Notes: generated from the letters alone by a model not told the origin. Positions 27,511 through 42,866 are shown, counted from the first letter of the stretch. The stretch: DNA of 64,000 nucleotides from Parasitella parasitica NRRL 2501 (GCA_025201805.1 MU619373.1:6037-70036), one strand, 5' to 3'. Numbers and translations: made by a program.

Positions 27511-29250
27511 TGACTTACTATGCTTGAAGTTTTTAATGTTGTTGATTTTATTCACCAAGGCGCGTTTATATTTTTTATAAAGCAAAAGAGAGAGAAAGAG
27601 AAAAGAAAGAAAAAAAACCTTTAATTAAATAGATTTTGGGTAGCATGATAAAATAAGGGGTAGTTGGGGGGAGGGAAAGTAATCCAAAAAGGGACGCAAG
27701 TGTGAGTGATGAGTGTGTCTGTATCAATATGTGAGCAAAAAAAAAAAGGATCCTAGCTTGTCATTTTGAATGATGTTAAAGTGCATATACCTTGCCTAAT
27801 TAGGATATCTATTTAGGGGTGAGTCCAGAGCCTAGAATTACACTCATCAATAAAAGCAACAAGTGTTGTGAGGTAGGGAAGGGGTGGATGGGGGGGGGGG
27901 ATTCAGCAACATGTTGAATTAATGGCATTATGGCATTACCGAATGACGTCAAGTTAAAGTGAAAGGACCAAGATGCACATGTTGGGCTATGTAATATATT
28001 TACTCTGGAATACAACGATAATTCTCCTATACATTTGATATTCCTTATTTTCAGAATATACATAGTTCTTATTCTTCATCTCTTTTTCTGTGAGGCAGTT
28101 ATGTCTCTATACTTCGTTTAATTTGAAGGAGGGGCAAAATAGAGGTATTTTTATATTATAGAAACCCTGCAATCTGGGTAAAGCAAAGGATATAGCAAAT
28201 AAGAGATTCAGGTACATATTTCGTAAACACATCAACAAAAAGCATGTGCATACGTCATTTACAGCTTTCTTCACATTGCCCTTTCTTCTTTTGCATTGCT
28301 ATACCCATTTGTATACATTCGTAGGAATGAGTGGACTCTGTGGACAAAAGTTCCAAAAGTCAAATCAAGGCACTTTCCTTTTTCAGAGAAATCTGTTAAC
28401 TAAATATGATGCATGACAACCAGGAACCAATTCATTTTTCATAGCAACCAGGGACCGGAAGTCAAAGCTCGCTTAAAACTATATCAATGCTTAAAGCAAA
28501 TCAAGTGAATATTGGCTCATAAATATTAATAACAAGGGATAAACACTGGAAATAATTTAAACCATTTGATTATTCTTAGCACATATATTTTCAATCTTTG
28601 AGAAGGGGCAAATTGTATAAAAATATATTTATCGGTTTTAGAAATATTGACGATCCCAACCGATCCATACAACACAGGAAGAATATCGAGGGAACTCCGG
28701 ATGTTTATTCGATGGTTGGAATCGAGAAACTTTTGTGATTTACATGTTTCCGAAAAAAAAAAAAAGAAAAAAGAAAAGGATAGCTTGTATTGGTGGACAA
28801 CAGCTATCATATTCTGTTAATCTGCAATTATATGAGGCATATATACTTGAGGTACCACTATATAATTCAGCAGGCTGGCTTCTTAATGCATGATCTATTC
28901 ACAGCATGTTTTCCTTTTATAGTGTAGTACTTCAGAGACACGAGTTTATTTTTTGTCATTTATGTTGTTCATTATTCGTCTACAAGATGAATATAGAGGA
29001 TTTGAACTCAATATGTAATTTTATCCTTCACAGGATATATTTTTAATAGACAATTGAATTCACATGTGTGTTTATAAGCATTGAAATAAACGCTGTAAAG
29101 GAGACATTTGGTTATGGAGAGTCTTCCTGTCAATTCAAACCATGGGATAAGTGCCCATAGCTAGGAAATTTCTAGTTGCGCATAGGTAAAACTCACCTTT
29201 AACTGTTTTCAAATTATTCTATGTAATCGTATAATAGAGAATGCTCAATT

Positions 29251-29260
29251 NNNNNNNNNN
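29251..29260. other. Assembly gap (10 N)
   Basis: Run of N. Confidence 0.99.
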
Positions 29261-32200
29261 AAAAATCATACAAGTACATCCATATTATATGAAGAGACGG
29301 ATTTCCACCGTGACCAAAGTAAGAAATAAGCATGTAGGAATCTAAAATATCATTTTTACCACTGACTAGCTGATTAGCCATGATTGTACATACAACGTTT
29401 TTTTTCTTAAATTACAAGCAGGTCAAGTGTTCCTTCTTAATATATCAACACTCACAAGGGAGCCAATCTGACTCTCCTCTCTTCTCGTCTGCTCTTTTCA
29501 TCTCTCCTCACTTGGTCTGGAACCAATTTCAAGGATGTATACGTATTCCTCATCACTTTTCCAAGCAATCGCTATTCATAAGACTAATGCTATTTAACAA
29601 GTATTAATAAATATATTATGGCCTAATATTCAAATCGCATATCGTGACAAAGGATGGTACGTCGCGATTGCTTTACGATTTATGGACATAAATAGTAGGT
29701 ACCATTCCATCAGTTTATTTAAAAATCACATTTACAAAATGCTAGTCGGAATCGAATCAACTGTTCGGCTTGGCAATAATTGGAACGAACAATTACGTCT
29801 GTTCGATATTATGATCCAGTTGAACAGCTGATATGTATTACATGTATCGACTACTAAAGATCCGAACCGCATAACATTTTACTATTACTATTAAATACTA
29901 TTGATTCTCCTTGAATTCAACATCTGTATGATCACATGAGAAAGAGGGGTGATGTGCAATCATATGTCGATCCTTGATACAAATCAACCAGGCAATTGGT
30001 TTTATTAAAGTCTGTACCTAGAATACCATCATACCAATGGTGTAGCACCCAGGAATGTCATTTTTTTGTCATTTTGCAAATGAAATATGGATTTGAGAAT
30101 GTGTATGATAAAATTTATAGGAAGAGCTGAATAACTAGATATATATATATCAATCCATAATCAACGTATTGCAAAGATGCAAACGATAATTATTTTGCCA
30201 ATTTTCTTGACAATTACGTAAAACATTATTTCATATGAGCCTTGAGGAATATATACCTCATACTGACTTTGTTTTTTTTAGTTATCAATGTTGAAATTCA
30301 TATGTTTGCACAAATCGCAACAAACACATATTATACAGCATATTATTTTAGCAATGAGATCTGTATTTTCAAAATCATTTAGTATGAAAGCCTGCATATT
30401 ACCAGAGCAACTTTTTTTATGACATTCGATATATACATGGCTCCATTCATACAATGTACAAATGTATGGCAGTATATATCTGATTCCAATGTTAAATTTC
30501 AAACGAAAAACAAATAGTCAAACTTCTACCTGGTGTATATGGTTTGCAAATTATTACTAAATTCGCAGCAATGTTATACTTGAAAGCCTCTGTTGGAGAA
30601 TGATTCTCTCTTCTTGGAAATAGATCGTCTATACATGTCAAAGAATAAACATTTATGATAATGCAGTAAAGCTAGAACAAGCCACTTAGAGTAAGTAGAT
30701 GCAATAATTATTCATTCAAAAGCTTCAAATGTTGAAATTTAGTAACAATTAATTGACAATGTGCTTAATATGATTAGGAAGAAAAAAACTTTTAAGGCTT
30801 TGATCATGACTAGAATAAAAAAACAATCTAGCAAAGGTTTGAAAATGTATGATGTTTTATCAATTTTTCAGGCAATCATTATTTCAGAGAACCAATAATA
30901 TAATATGCACCATAATTTATAATTCACATGAAAATGTCCTTTATAACGCGAGCATAATCCACATTTTCTTGTGGTGACGAAGACTATAAATTTAGGGATA
31001 TTCCTGCTACATCAAAAAGACTATTATCCCATAGGTCTCTTATTATTGCTGTAAAGCCTCTCTGACGGGATATAATTACAAGCACTTTTAAAATAGAAAT
31101 GTTCTGCCCAAAACCAGTATAACATAAAAATACAATTTATTATTACAGATACATCCATAGAAAGTATTTATGCTAATGTAAGTAGCTTTTATATGAGCCC
31201 TAACAAAGGGTCTTGAAATCTAAGGCTGTCTGCAAAATGTGTAGAAATGCTTTTGATCTAATCTTCTCCCAAAGATTGCAGGCAACCTTGCATTCATATA
31301 ACTGTTTATTATGGTAATATCTGATCCTAGGTCTATACCACTTAGTAGCGCCAAGCACTTGCTTCCGCAGACCTACATCGCTTCGAGAAGTTTCGGTTCA
31401 CTGATCGCTTCTAATATTCAAGCAGTTCTATATTAAAAACTGCGCTAAATTTGATTGTCGTACCCATATAAAAGCTATATATGTCATATCTAACATAGTT
31501 ATAGTGTACTGATAATGAATGATAATGATATTCATTGTTGGTATTGCTTTTTCAAATAAGAAATAGGCTACAGATTGCAAATGGCTTATCCAAAGATTAC
31601 ATCAAAATCAGATCGCGGGATGTCGGGGAGACATCTTGCCCACATCTTCTCTCTAATGTAAAATAAAAGAAGAGGTCTCTGTTCCTGGAAATGCTGTGAT
31701 TCAATAATGTTTGACACTTCTTGTCAAATAGTAGATGTTGATGTGGATAAACATTGACTAGGATATTTATAGTATAAATAGAGATCTTATCTTATGTCAA
31801 TAAAAGTCTTCTGTTTTGTATCTGGTTTTATTCAGAAAAAGTCTTTATTCAACATTCCCCGATAATAAGCATTCAGCCACTCTTTCCCGAATGGCTATCT
31901 TGTTATGACCTGTAGCACAACAAACATATATAATGTTCGACTCTAAACCACACCAATTCTTATCATATCTGTAAATGAACATTGAATCATTCATAAAGTA
32001 TAAAGAGCGGAGCATATCTTCTTGTCCTAACATCTTGACCCTAAAATTTATGTTTAATAAAGTTATCAAGTCTCAACTACTCATAACTTCTCCAAATAAA
32101 ACATGCCCCTAACTTAACGATGTAAAAGAGATCCAAAGGTACATACAAAGTACTAACTTGCCGACTCTGAAAAAGTAGCTAGCAACTATCTTTTCCATAT

Positions 32201-34489
32201 AGTAACATATAAGGTTGACAATTCAATTTAGTGTCATCTACCAACAAACACAATGATGAATTTTAGTCCAATAATTGCAAAAAGCTTTTTATTTGGTGGA
32301 ATAAGGATATGATGCATGTTGATTTATCAGAAAACTTAGATAGAAATTAATCAGGCAAAAATCCGCTAATTATATTTAAAATAGAGGGTTAATACACTTT
32401 TTGCGAACTGGGGAAAGCGATATGAGGTAAATTTTTGGTGTGAGATCCAGGAGATAGAGTATATTGTATCTATCCCACATGTACTTTATGATCTGTATTG
32501 ACATCCGGTTTTAGAGTTGATATGTTTGATCTATATTGTGATATCCGCAGCAAAATCACTGCTAAATCATTTTTTCTTGTTGATTACTCTGTAAAATAAA
32601 TACAATGAATCTAAAGCATCAACTTTTTCACTTTTTGGATAAAGGCACAATCTATCATCGACATCAAAATCTAGTTATAGAAGCGTAGAGAAGACAGACC
32701 TAATTCTATACTAACCCAAATCGCCAGATCTATAGCAATCTATGATATCAACCAAAACTTATAGTAGCCATACGTAGATTGATAGTAGTCTATATATATC
32801 AAACTTTATTCGTCAGACAATGATACCTCAAATATTAATGGAGTAAAAAATCTCAAATAAAATTTACCATAATGAAATGTGAGATGTTAAAAAACCCTTT
32901 ATTCGTGTCTTATTTACAGGATTTGTAGCCATACCACCTGGTATTTGTTGCTGATTGCAATATACAGATTCAAAAATGCAAGTAGTTCACATTTAGGTAT
33001 TTAAAGTTACGGTAGATAGACTCAAAAAAAATGCAGAGAAAAATAACAATATTTTCAACACAATAGTGGGATATTATTGTAAAGGGATATATTGTACCCC
33101 AATATGGAGTTTTTCTGCTCATTATGAACTCTATGTATTTTCTATTTAGTCTTCCATTTTCTCTAGGGCACCAGAATAAGTTTCATTATCTAAAAAGTCT
33201 AAGCTTTCCCGATTTTTCCATTTTCCGTTGGAGCGCTTCAAGTTTTTACTTGTTTGTATTCTACATCTGCTTTATAGAATAACATGACATATGCTTTAGT
33301 AGATTTGCATATCAAATGCATTAAGCTATCTTGTTATATACAATGACAATAATCCCATGGCTGTATCAGGCATTGTAGCTACCAATTTGATTCTATATAT
33401 AAAACTGGAGTGGAGAATTATATTATTGACATGTTATAAACATACACTGCATGACTGATCTTCGGCATTAAATGTGCTATCATGTCCCCTCTCTTGGTGA
33501 AATTTTGACACATAAGCTTGCCGCAAGATCATAATTATGTAGCACCTAACCGCAAATCTTAAAAAATAAGTGCAGAGTGCATACGATATTGTCTTTCTTG
33601 AACCGACAATCAGAACACCTATTCAGAAGCATAATTATATTTATCAAGTGCTCAATTTGCATGTACATATAATATAATTTGGGCTATAGAATCCGGATTT
33701 TTGTTTGTTCCGTTTACTCAACATGTCCTTGATATCTAAACAAGATAGACTCTATTCAGCAAGTTTTTTGAATGATATACAAAGTCAAACAAGTCGATTG
33801 AACCGGTCATTAGTATATAGATGCCATGTGATACATTGATTGTAACACTCATCTGAAGCCTCGCCGGTCGGTTCGGATGACATTTATGTGTTTATTATGT
33901 TTTCGTTCATCTTTTTTTGGCATTTAATTATCCATCAAAATAGAAGAGCTCTACCCCTGAATCCACAGGAATACAATATAAACGAAACATCTCGAAAAAA
34001 AAAAAAAATCAGGCCGATTAAGAGACCACGTTTTCGCCTAGTGATTTTATCCGTTTGACCTTTGTGGAACTCTACTGTTCCCCGAAAATCCGAAAGCAAA
34101 AGAGGTGGCATAGAGAAAAAAAACAGTGTTAAATAAGGGCCAAAGCGCCAATGATGTATACAATGTGATTTACAGCATGTGTTCTTAAGGATATTTCTGT
34201 CTATTCCTTGATATTCTACAACATTTTTACCAGGTAAACATATATACATGAGAAATACTAAATGAACAAAAATAACAGAGCCTACTGTGATCTCATCAAC
34301 AGAAGGGGTGAAGGTTATTTTTCTTGTTGGCACAATAAACAAATATTATGTTTAAACACACTGAGGCCCTACGGTTATTGTTATTTTTTTATATACAGGT
34401 TTTTTCTTTGCCTTTAAGTTCTTTTTCTTTCCATTTTTTTTTCTTTTTCTCTCTTTCTTTTTCTCTCTCTTTCTCTCTACTTGTTCATC

Positions 34490-36967
34490 ATGGCTGGTAC
34501 TTTACGTTGGCACTCCTGTTCAACAAACGATTTTCCACTTAAAAGGCATAAAGTATCAAAAGCATGTGAGGCATGTCGAGGCAAAAAAATGAGATGTGAC
34601 GGCAGTAGGTATTGTGAATGAGCTATGGTGGGTATGATGCTGACCGTTTTTACTAGATAATCCTTGCCAACGATGTGAGAATAATAAGATTAAATGTAAA
34701 TACAATGATAAACCGAGTCGATCGCGTAGCCAAAAGCCATCACCAACAGCAACATCTGCGACAAAAGAGGAAATCGCCGGCACCACAATAGAAGACTTAG
34801 AATCAGGGACACTATCGATCTCAAACAGAAAACTCCATAAAATAACGTTCAAGAACCACTTATATGAAACACTTAAATTTAAATCGCTCAAAATACGCCG
34901 CTATGGGCTCTCGTTACCCCCATTGCTGGTGGGATTCTTCGATACAACATCGCAGTCGACTAGCGTATGGACTCGGTTAGTGGATTTACTAAACCACATC
35001 GACAACATTGAAAACATCGAAAACACCGAACACTTGGAGTCGATCAAAAACAATTTGGTAAAGGAAGCCTTCAGACTGTTCGTCACACACAACCTGGTGT
35101 ATGGCTCTTTCATTCACTCACAGTTGTTATCGTTTGTGCTCAATTCCAATGCCTTGCACCAGTTCATGCGCCCTACTGAACCGCAGAAACAACATACACA
35201 ACCCTACTCACCTAGACCATCATTATCAGCATTAAATCATCGTTATTTGCCTTATTTTTCAATCATCATATATAGCATACTTGCAATTACATTTCTTTCT
35301 GCTTATCTTGTTTTACCCAACAATAATAGTTCCATTCCAACCGAAAATTTGTATTTATATTCTCATGTCTTTTACCGTGAGGCTCATAAACAATTTCTTG
35401 AAACATGCTTTCCAACAGCATCAACAACAGCAACCATATCAGTCTCGGAACCTATGCAAATGATGCTTCTGGTGCAAGCCTCGGTTCTTTTGGCTCATTT
35501 CCAATGTCAAGCAATCAGCGAAGAACAGGCCTACATGACGATCCGAATAGGGCTAGATTTTGCGCAAAGATGTTCTCTTTCAGCTGATGTCGTATTGCAA
35601 GATGATAACAGCGACTCTATGAGAGATGCGCTATCGATATCGCTGGATTCTTGGTATGCTTGGTTGTCGTTCTATCTTGGAAAGCCTTATTCTGAAAGGG
35701 AATCCAGTGGCAGTGAGGATCAAGATCCAAAGGAGTTTACCCTATCCCCAAAAAAGACAGATGAACAGAAATGGGCTTTGCAGATAACTGACACATACAC
35801 ACGCTTCTTGAAGGTTATTTTGTTGAAAAATAAACACCAAAAAACAAGCATCAAGTCGATCAAGGTGAATACACTGAAAATGCAACCTGAAAAAAAAAAT
35901 CAATCATCTAACGAACTATATTTGCACCTAAACAGGATTCTCTGAAATCACTACAAAATGCATTGTTACCGGAGCAGCGCATTCTTGAAACAAACCAGCC
36001 CTATAAAGCCATCTGTTTATACAATGATGTTTTAGCCATTCAACTCTCTAGCTGTTATTTTGATTTTATAGATTCTACGCTGGCTGATCCCACATTGCTA
36101 GATTCCTCCACATTATCAGTATCGAGCCAATCGACCGAGAATACAACTTCACCAACGGCAACGACACCGCCAGACGAGTATCGCCTATTTTCTTCAAAGC
36201 ACGATATGCCTGTTCTTGATATTTGTATTCAATCATCCAAGAATATTCTGACTGTAGTGTATGAAATGGTGCAAAAAGACATTGACGGTAGCCATCCGGT
36301 CCCCAGCACAGCTATTTACGCTACTTGCCTAGTATCTCAATTGCTTTTCTTTTTCCAACGCTGTAAAAAGCCGCTCACCATGGAAAAGAAACAACAAGAC
36401 GCAATCAATTCTATGAATTTGCTCTATACACATTTATTCAAACTACTAAAGTATGCCTCGAGCCATGTAGAGACATTGGCCATGCTATTGGTGCAGCTAA
36501 ACGACAATATTGGAGACACTAAAATACCCTCGTTATCGTCCTCGCCACATACTGACAAACATCTTAGAAAAAGCCAGGTCCCTCCATCCCCATCTCCCTC
36601 CTCCTCCTCAGATGTAGCAGTTGCGGCCCACGTGGCAGCAACAGCATCATCTACAGCAGCTATGACAAACAGTATTGCAGCACACGAAATTCTGTCACAA
36701 TCAAATGCTAGCGAGCTCTTGATGGTTGCAGACCCCGGCTTTAGCGTCAATTCCAACACTGCCAAATCCACACTGGACCATTTGTCATCAGTTCCAACGC
36801 CTAGCGTGATATCAAGACTGGATATTGATAGAGAACAACTAGAGAAGCTGTCTCGTAAACCACCTACTTCTTCACGCCAGCAACAAATCAATCACAATCA
36901 AATGCAGCAGCAAATGCAACAGCGTCAACAGTATCAGCAATATCAGCAATATCAACAATATCAGCAA

Positions 36968-37062
<95 letters not shown>

Positions 37063-37072
37063 NNNNNNNNNN

Positions 37073-37167
<95 letters not shown>

Positions 37168-38656
37168 ATATCAGCAACAACAGCAACAGCAACAGCAGTT
37201 TCTATTGCAACAACAACAACGGCAGCAACAACGGCAGCAACAGCAGCAGCAACAGCAGCAGCAACAGCAGCAGCAACAGCAGCATAATGTCCACCAATTT
37301 GATTTGCATCATCCTCAATCTGGCTCCAATTATCTATTCTCCAAATATGTCTCTGCAACAGGTGTTCCCGTCATTACCACCAACAGCTCTCAGAAAAGGG
37401 AGAGTTATTCTGGAGGCTTTTCTCAACCTGGCGATACAATTCCCGTTGGCTCTTCAGCGGCGGCAGTGGCAGCAGCGGCTGCTATGAACAATCAATATTA
37501 CTATTACGGTTCGTCTTCTACAAACCCCATCCATCACGGTAAAAGGCAGATGCAACAATACAACAGCGCTTACCATGACTATTCCATGCAACAGCACCCA
37601 TCTAAAAGGTTACGCTCAGACACGATGACATCGTACGAAGACGCTGGTGGCGGTGGTGTTGGTGGCGATACGTCTACCATCCATTCATTTGAGGATTCAG
37701 GGATTCTTCGATCTCGCAATAATAGCCTAGAAACGCCGACCACGACAGCAGCGACTAGCTTTATCGATGTGGATGAACTAACAACTGCTACCGATTCACA
37801 CCCATCCGCAGTACAGGTCGCAGACGCAGATTTGATGTATTGGATGCTGGATGATCCAGGGAACCAATTTTATCATGACCAGCCTCAGCAGCACCAACAG
37901 CATGCATTTTCAAGGCAGAATAGAGCGCATGCAAGTAACAGCGGCGGCAACAGTAGTAGTGCGCCTTCCAACAGCATGCTTCTACTCCAGCAGCAGCAGC
38001 AGCAGCAGGCCATGGAGCAGGAATCAAGCAGTCATATGAACGCCAACCTAACAAAACTGCCTCTTCCCCATCCATCTAAACCAACTTCTATGCCTTTAAA
38101 AAACTGGTCTCCAGCTCCTGCTCAATATTCCAACAAGTTTTTCTTTGCATCCGAGGTTCAAACATTGCATTACCAAACACCATCATTAATCAATTTTGAA
38201 AATTCGTCGTTCCCAATTGGATTGAATGTCATACACGAGGAGGAAGGCGCCGAGCAGCACCCCTCAACATCATCGTCCTCTTCATCACCGTCGCAGCTGC
38301 TATGTCCACCTACCCATTTACATCATCGGGCAAGCATTACTTCGGATAAAAGTGGCAGCAGCACGAGTGGGAGTAGTTTTGGTGGCGCCGGTGGTAACAG
38401 CAAACGCACAGATACGATAACAACGGTGGAGGCTGCTGAAGCTGCTGCTGCTGCTGCTGCTGCGATTTGGGCATCCACTGCTGCTGCTGTTAACTATACA
38501 GGCGATTCTGCAACGCGAATATCTTCTCCATCTCACTCAAGACGCTCGTCTGCTTCTTCTCAATATCGTCATCGTAATAACTACCAACAATCAAATAGTA
38601 AATCTACTCTTGTTCATTACATAAATAATGAAAAGGTAGGCAATGACGAATACTAA
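34490..38656 (+). CDS. Zn(II)2Cys6 transcription factor with long polyQ C-terminal region; exons 34490-34604, 34657-35864, 35936-38656
   Basis: ACEACRGKKMRCDG|NNPCQRCENNKIKC binuclear cluster across intron 1; splicing keeps frame into ORFs 34923 and 35963. Confidence 0.9.
36962..37283 (+). repeat. (CAGCAA)n / polyQ tract containing a 10-N assembly gap at 37063-37072
   Basis: Near-perfect hexamer repeat on both sides of the gap; true length unknown. Confidence 0.95.
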
Positions 38657-40830
38657 GGTCATGGACGTCCTGCACTCCTCCTCTTCCTCTCTTGCTCCTT
38701 TTTTTTTCTTTCTTTTTTGTTCATTTCACATCTAAAACAATTCCATCATATAATAATTTCATTATTTAGCCTGTACTAATATTATATATCACATTCATAT
38801 ACATACATATACGCATATACTATACACATCTTTATTTTTTTTTTTTTATAAAAAAAAAGCCTGAATTTGCTGTCAACTTCCATTTATATTGAAAAAAGTA
38901 ATACAGTGGTCCTACTTGCAAAAGCCATCTTGCGGGTTTCAAATTATATGCGCATCAACCACTGCCACTGCACCTCAGAGAACTAAACTTTGGATTTCGT
39001 ATAGTAGTAAACGCAGCTTGTAACATAAACATACTTGGTGAGCAATTCGATGAAAGTGTTTGTTTCAAAATTTTGCATACAAACTACTTGGAAATTTTGC
39101 AAAAAATGCAAAATTCATATATTAGACGACGAGTCAAAAAAGCTATGCATGCATCACTAAATTTGATTTATTTAAAACAAGGAGAAAGGCTTGGCGGTCA
39201 TTTCATATCAGGCTATACGTTAGGAAAAAAAAAAAAAACTCATCTTCTACACCGAAAATGGCAAAATCAATGCTTTTAACGAGCTTTCATAAGATAAAAC
39301 AACTGATGAGATCAATCGCTTTTTTAAAGAAGAGCGCAGAAAACTGATAATAGGCTATATTTCTTGTACGAGGGTACTGGCGTGGTATATTTCAGCTGTC
39401 TGCAAACAATGAAAACTCGAGATATGCACAGTTCAAAGTGGGCTGCTTATGCATTGTCGCACAAACATCGCTTAAATTGAATCTACAGGTATGGGCTTTG
39501 TTATATAACCTGGTCTCTATGCTTTGTAATAATAAACCATATACCTCTGTCAATGTCTAAATATACACTTTATGTACGATACATATATGATGTTGAAGCT
39601 TGGCTAATCTGTATTATTTCTAGTTTTTTCCTATTACAATAAGGCCAAAAATACATTTACTTGCAGGAAAACAAAAATGCAAGCGCCTTTTTTTTTATCA
39701 ATATATTAATTCAGACATGATATGCATTACATGTTTCAAGACAAATTTTTTTATGGATGCTGTCAAAATCATTTAGACTGTAGCTGGATGATGCCAGAAC
39801 TCGTGGTGGAGTATAAATTCAAAAAACTGCCACTATCAGATGCCAAAACTCACCTTTTTTTATTAATTGAAAAATTGGCTATGTTCTGCATTGGGCATAC
39901 ACCAACCTGTAACAAGACGTTTGACTGAAAACATGACATAATTTAAGGCAATTACTATGCTGCCCTGAAGAAAACTGATCACAGCGGAGATTCTACATCT
40001 GGTATCCTCCCTTTCTGATCAAAGAAATGTCTTGCAATATAAGCGTATATTCGTCCACTCCGGAGATGGGCATTGGGACAGAAGTACGGCATCTAGAAGA
40101 GAAAGGAAACGCAAAGAGTTGGGCACATGCATATATGTTTTACGTAAAAAGAAATGAGAAGCTACTTTTGTTCTTTTTTTTTCTGTAAATCTGATCTGCC
40201 AAAACAAAAAAAAAAAATGTCTCTGTGTGTGTATTACATTCATATGTGACCTAATTAAAGTATTCATCGATTTTAGTTTCAATCCTTTATTATTAAATGT
40301 TTCAAAACAGCATATGGGTTACGTTGTACAGTAATTATGTGGAATCTGGAAGGGCAAAAAAAGAAAAAGAAATAAAAATAAAAAAAAAAGACGGGCGATG
40401 TAAATGATAAAGGCTTCCTGTTTGTGAAACTGCTCAAAGGATAGATTGATTTGGGAAATGCCTTTCAGGGGCATATAACAGAAAGTTCCCTTTTTTTTGC
40501 AGTAGAAGAGCTAGAAAAAAAGGAGGAAATCGTATCCCACTCCACATCGCTTTGTTTTATATGAAAAAGGGGATGAAGGATGGGAAATGATGTGAGGAGG
40601 GGAAATAAAAATTGATTGTAATACCCATCTACATTTGCTCCCTTTGGGAAAAGGATAATGCAATGTATATAGTATTCAACAAGGTGACACGTTTTGTATA
40701 GGTTGATTGTGCGTATTTTTGCGTTACATGGCCTTCTTGGAAGAGAAAAAGCTTTTTTTCTTTTTCTTTTCTCTTTTCCCCACACGTTTTTTTACTTTGC
40801 TGTACATATAATACCTATACTCTGATTTAA

Positions 40831-42866
40831 ATGTCAAGAGCATCATCGTTCCTATCATTCAAATCAAAACAAAAGCTCACAATGGAAGATTTAAGTCGAG
40901 ACATGAACCAAAAGGCAAATGTTGCTGCATCAACAGCAACTACCAGCACTACCAACAGCACCACCAGCACCTGCACCGTCATGCCCACGCCTATAGTGTT
41001 TGATGAAAAATTAAATTCTAAACAACGACTGGAAATACTGATCAGCCAGGTGGATGATGAGCCGCTCCATAATTTAATGCAAACTGAATTCCAACACATG
41101 CTGATCGATCAGCAGCGTCTAGTGACAATGCTGGAGCAGAAATCTGAGCTGGCCCAGGCTGAAAATGAAGAGCTGAAGCTGATCATCGGTGACAGCCAGA
41201 AAAGATACGAGAAGGCTGTCCGAGAGATGCAATTTTTCAAAAAGAAGTTTGACCGACTGGTTGAATCAACTCGCACAGCAGAGCCATTCCATCAACTGCA
41301 AAATTACCTAACTACTAGCCCTCCGCAGCAGCCGCCGACCGTAGTCCAGCCAACTGTCTCCACAGAAGTCGCTTCATCCATTTACTCGTTCAACTCTAAT
41401 AACAGCGGATCAGAGAAACTCAATTGGCCGACATCTCCCACTCTCTACTCTGAACCCATCAGCAACGATGGGGGAAGAAATAATTCTAATACAGCACCTA
41501 GCTTATACAGTAATTTCTCAAGCAGTACTGAATCCACTGTCTTTTCACACTTCCAGCAGCAGCAGCAGCAAAAGATCCTGGAAGAAACCACTAAAAAATC
41601 ACCGACTGCATACCAGTTCTCCCGCAACCCGTCCCTGGTCTCATCCTACTCAATACCAAGCACTGCGCCCTCCATAGTATCCTCGTCAGGAGCCTCAACT
41701 ACCAGCACAGCAGCAGCGCCAATGACGCCAGTACGCTCCAGCGTCTCTATGCCTGCTGCATATACAGAAAACTCGATGATCCTGCAAAAAAAGACAGACC
41801 CACTGTGTTTTGGAGGCTCAGAGACGTTCTGGACGACGCTCAGCACCGGCAGAAGGAGTGATGGCACTGTGGAGAAGATAGTAAAGTAAGGGCAAAACCC
41901 CAAAACAAGATTCCTTCTTGTTTCTTGTTTTTTTTTCTCACACTATCATCTTGATAGGAACTTTCTCCAGCGAGGAGGATCGCCTAATACTGCCAATCAG
42001 TCATTTACAGTGCCTGATCACGCTGTCAAGTACGGATATGGTATGATTCATGCTTTGATTGTCACTAAATCTTCTAGTGCTTTAAAGCTTCTCCTTGAGC
42101 ACGGAGCCAATCCCAATGCCGTGAGCATAAGTCAAGTAGACGAGGATAAGGTACGTTATAAAACTGGGAGTAAAAATTGAGGAGGCAATTCTAAGGAAGG
42201 AACTATAGTCATCGCCCTGCTATCTGGCCGCTCAGGTTGGCTGGTTTAATGCATTGTACCGAATCGTCGAGAGCGGTGGCGATCTGATATCAGCTCGAGG
42301 AGGAGGCAGCAAGCAGCGAACAGCACTCCATACCGCTGCGGAGAATGGCTATATGCACATTGCCGAGTACATTGTCCACATGACTCAAGGCACATTGAAC
42401 CTGGAAAAAGACTCGTCAGGTAACTACTGCCAGCAGTGAGAAAGAATATGTATGTAGCGGACATCTGACTCGGCCTAATGTAGGTGCCCTTCCTTTGCAC
42501 TATGCCTGCACATCAGGCAATACAGACCTCGTTTCTTTTCTGATCAAGGTGTGCCATAACCCAATAGACGATCATGACAACAAGAGCGAATCGCCGATAC
42601 ACTGGGCCGCGCGTAGCGGGAAACTCGAGGTCGTAACGCTCCTGACCGAGACGTTTGGGTGCGACGTCAATGCATACGTATCCAAGAAGGTCCCCACGCC
42701 CTTTGACATAGCAAAGTCATCTGGTCACAAGCGAGTTGCTGAATATCTGAAAAGCAAAGGGGGGATCACAGCAAAAAAAATGGATAAACGAAAAGAAGAC
42801 GACGATACTCCTCCACATCTAAAGTCTGCCCTGTCGAAAAATGGGTTTTTCTTGAGTGGGTTTTAG
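40831..42866 (+). CDS. Coiled-coil + ankyrin repeat protein, multi-exon
   Basis: N-terminal heptad region, S/T/P-rich linker, ankyrin motifs LLLEHGANPN, TALHTAAENG, PLHYACTSGN, SPIHWAARSG. Confidence 0.88.

Noticed and set aside
28500-34400. Scattered 60-135 aa ORFs in the long intergenic region (similarly 39.0-40.8, 42.9-43.6 and 53.6-55.4 kb)
   Set aside because: Low-complexity F/K/I-rich translations of homopolymer DNA, often with non-ATG starts and no motifs.
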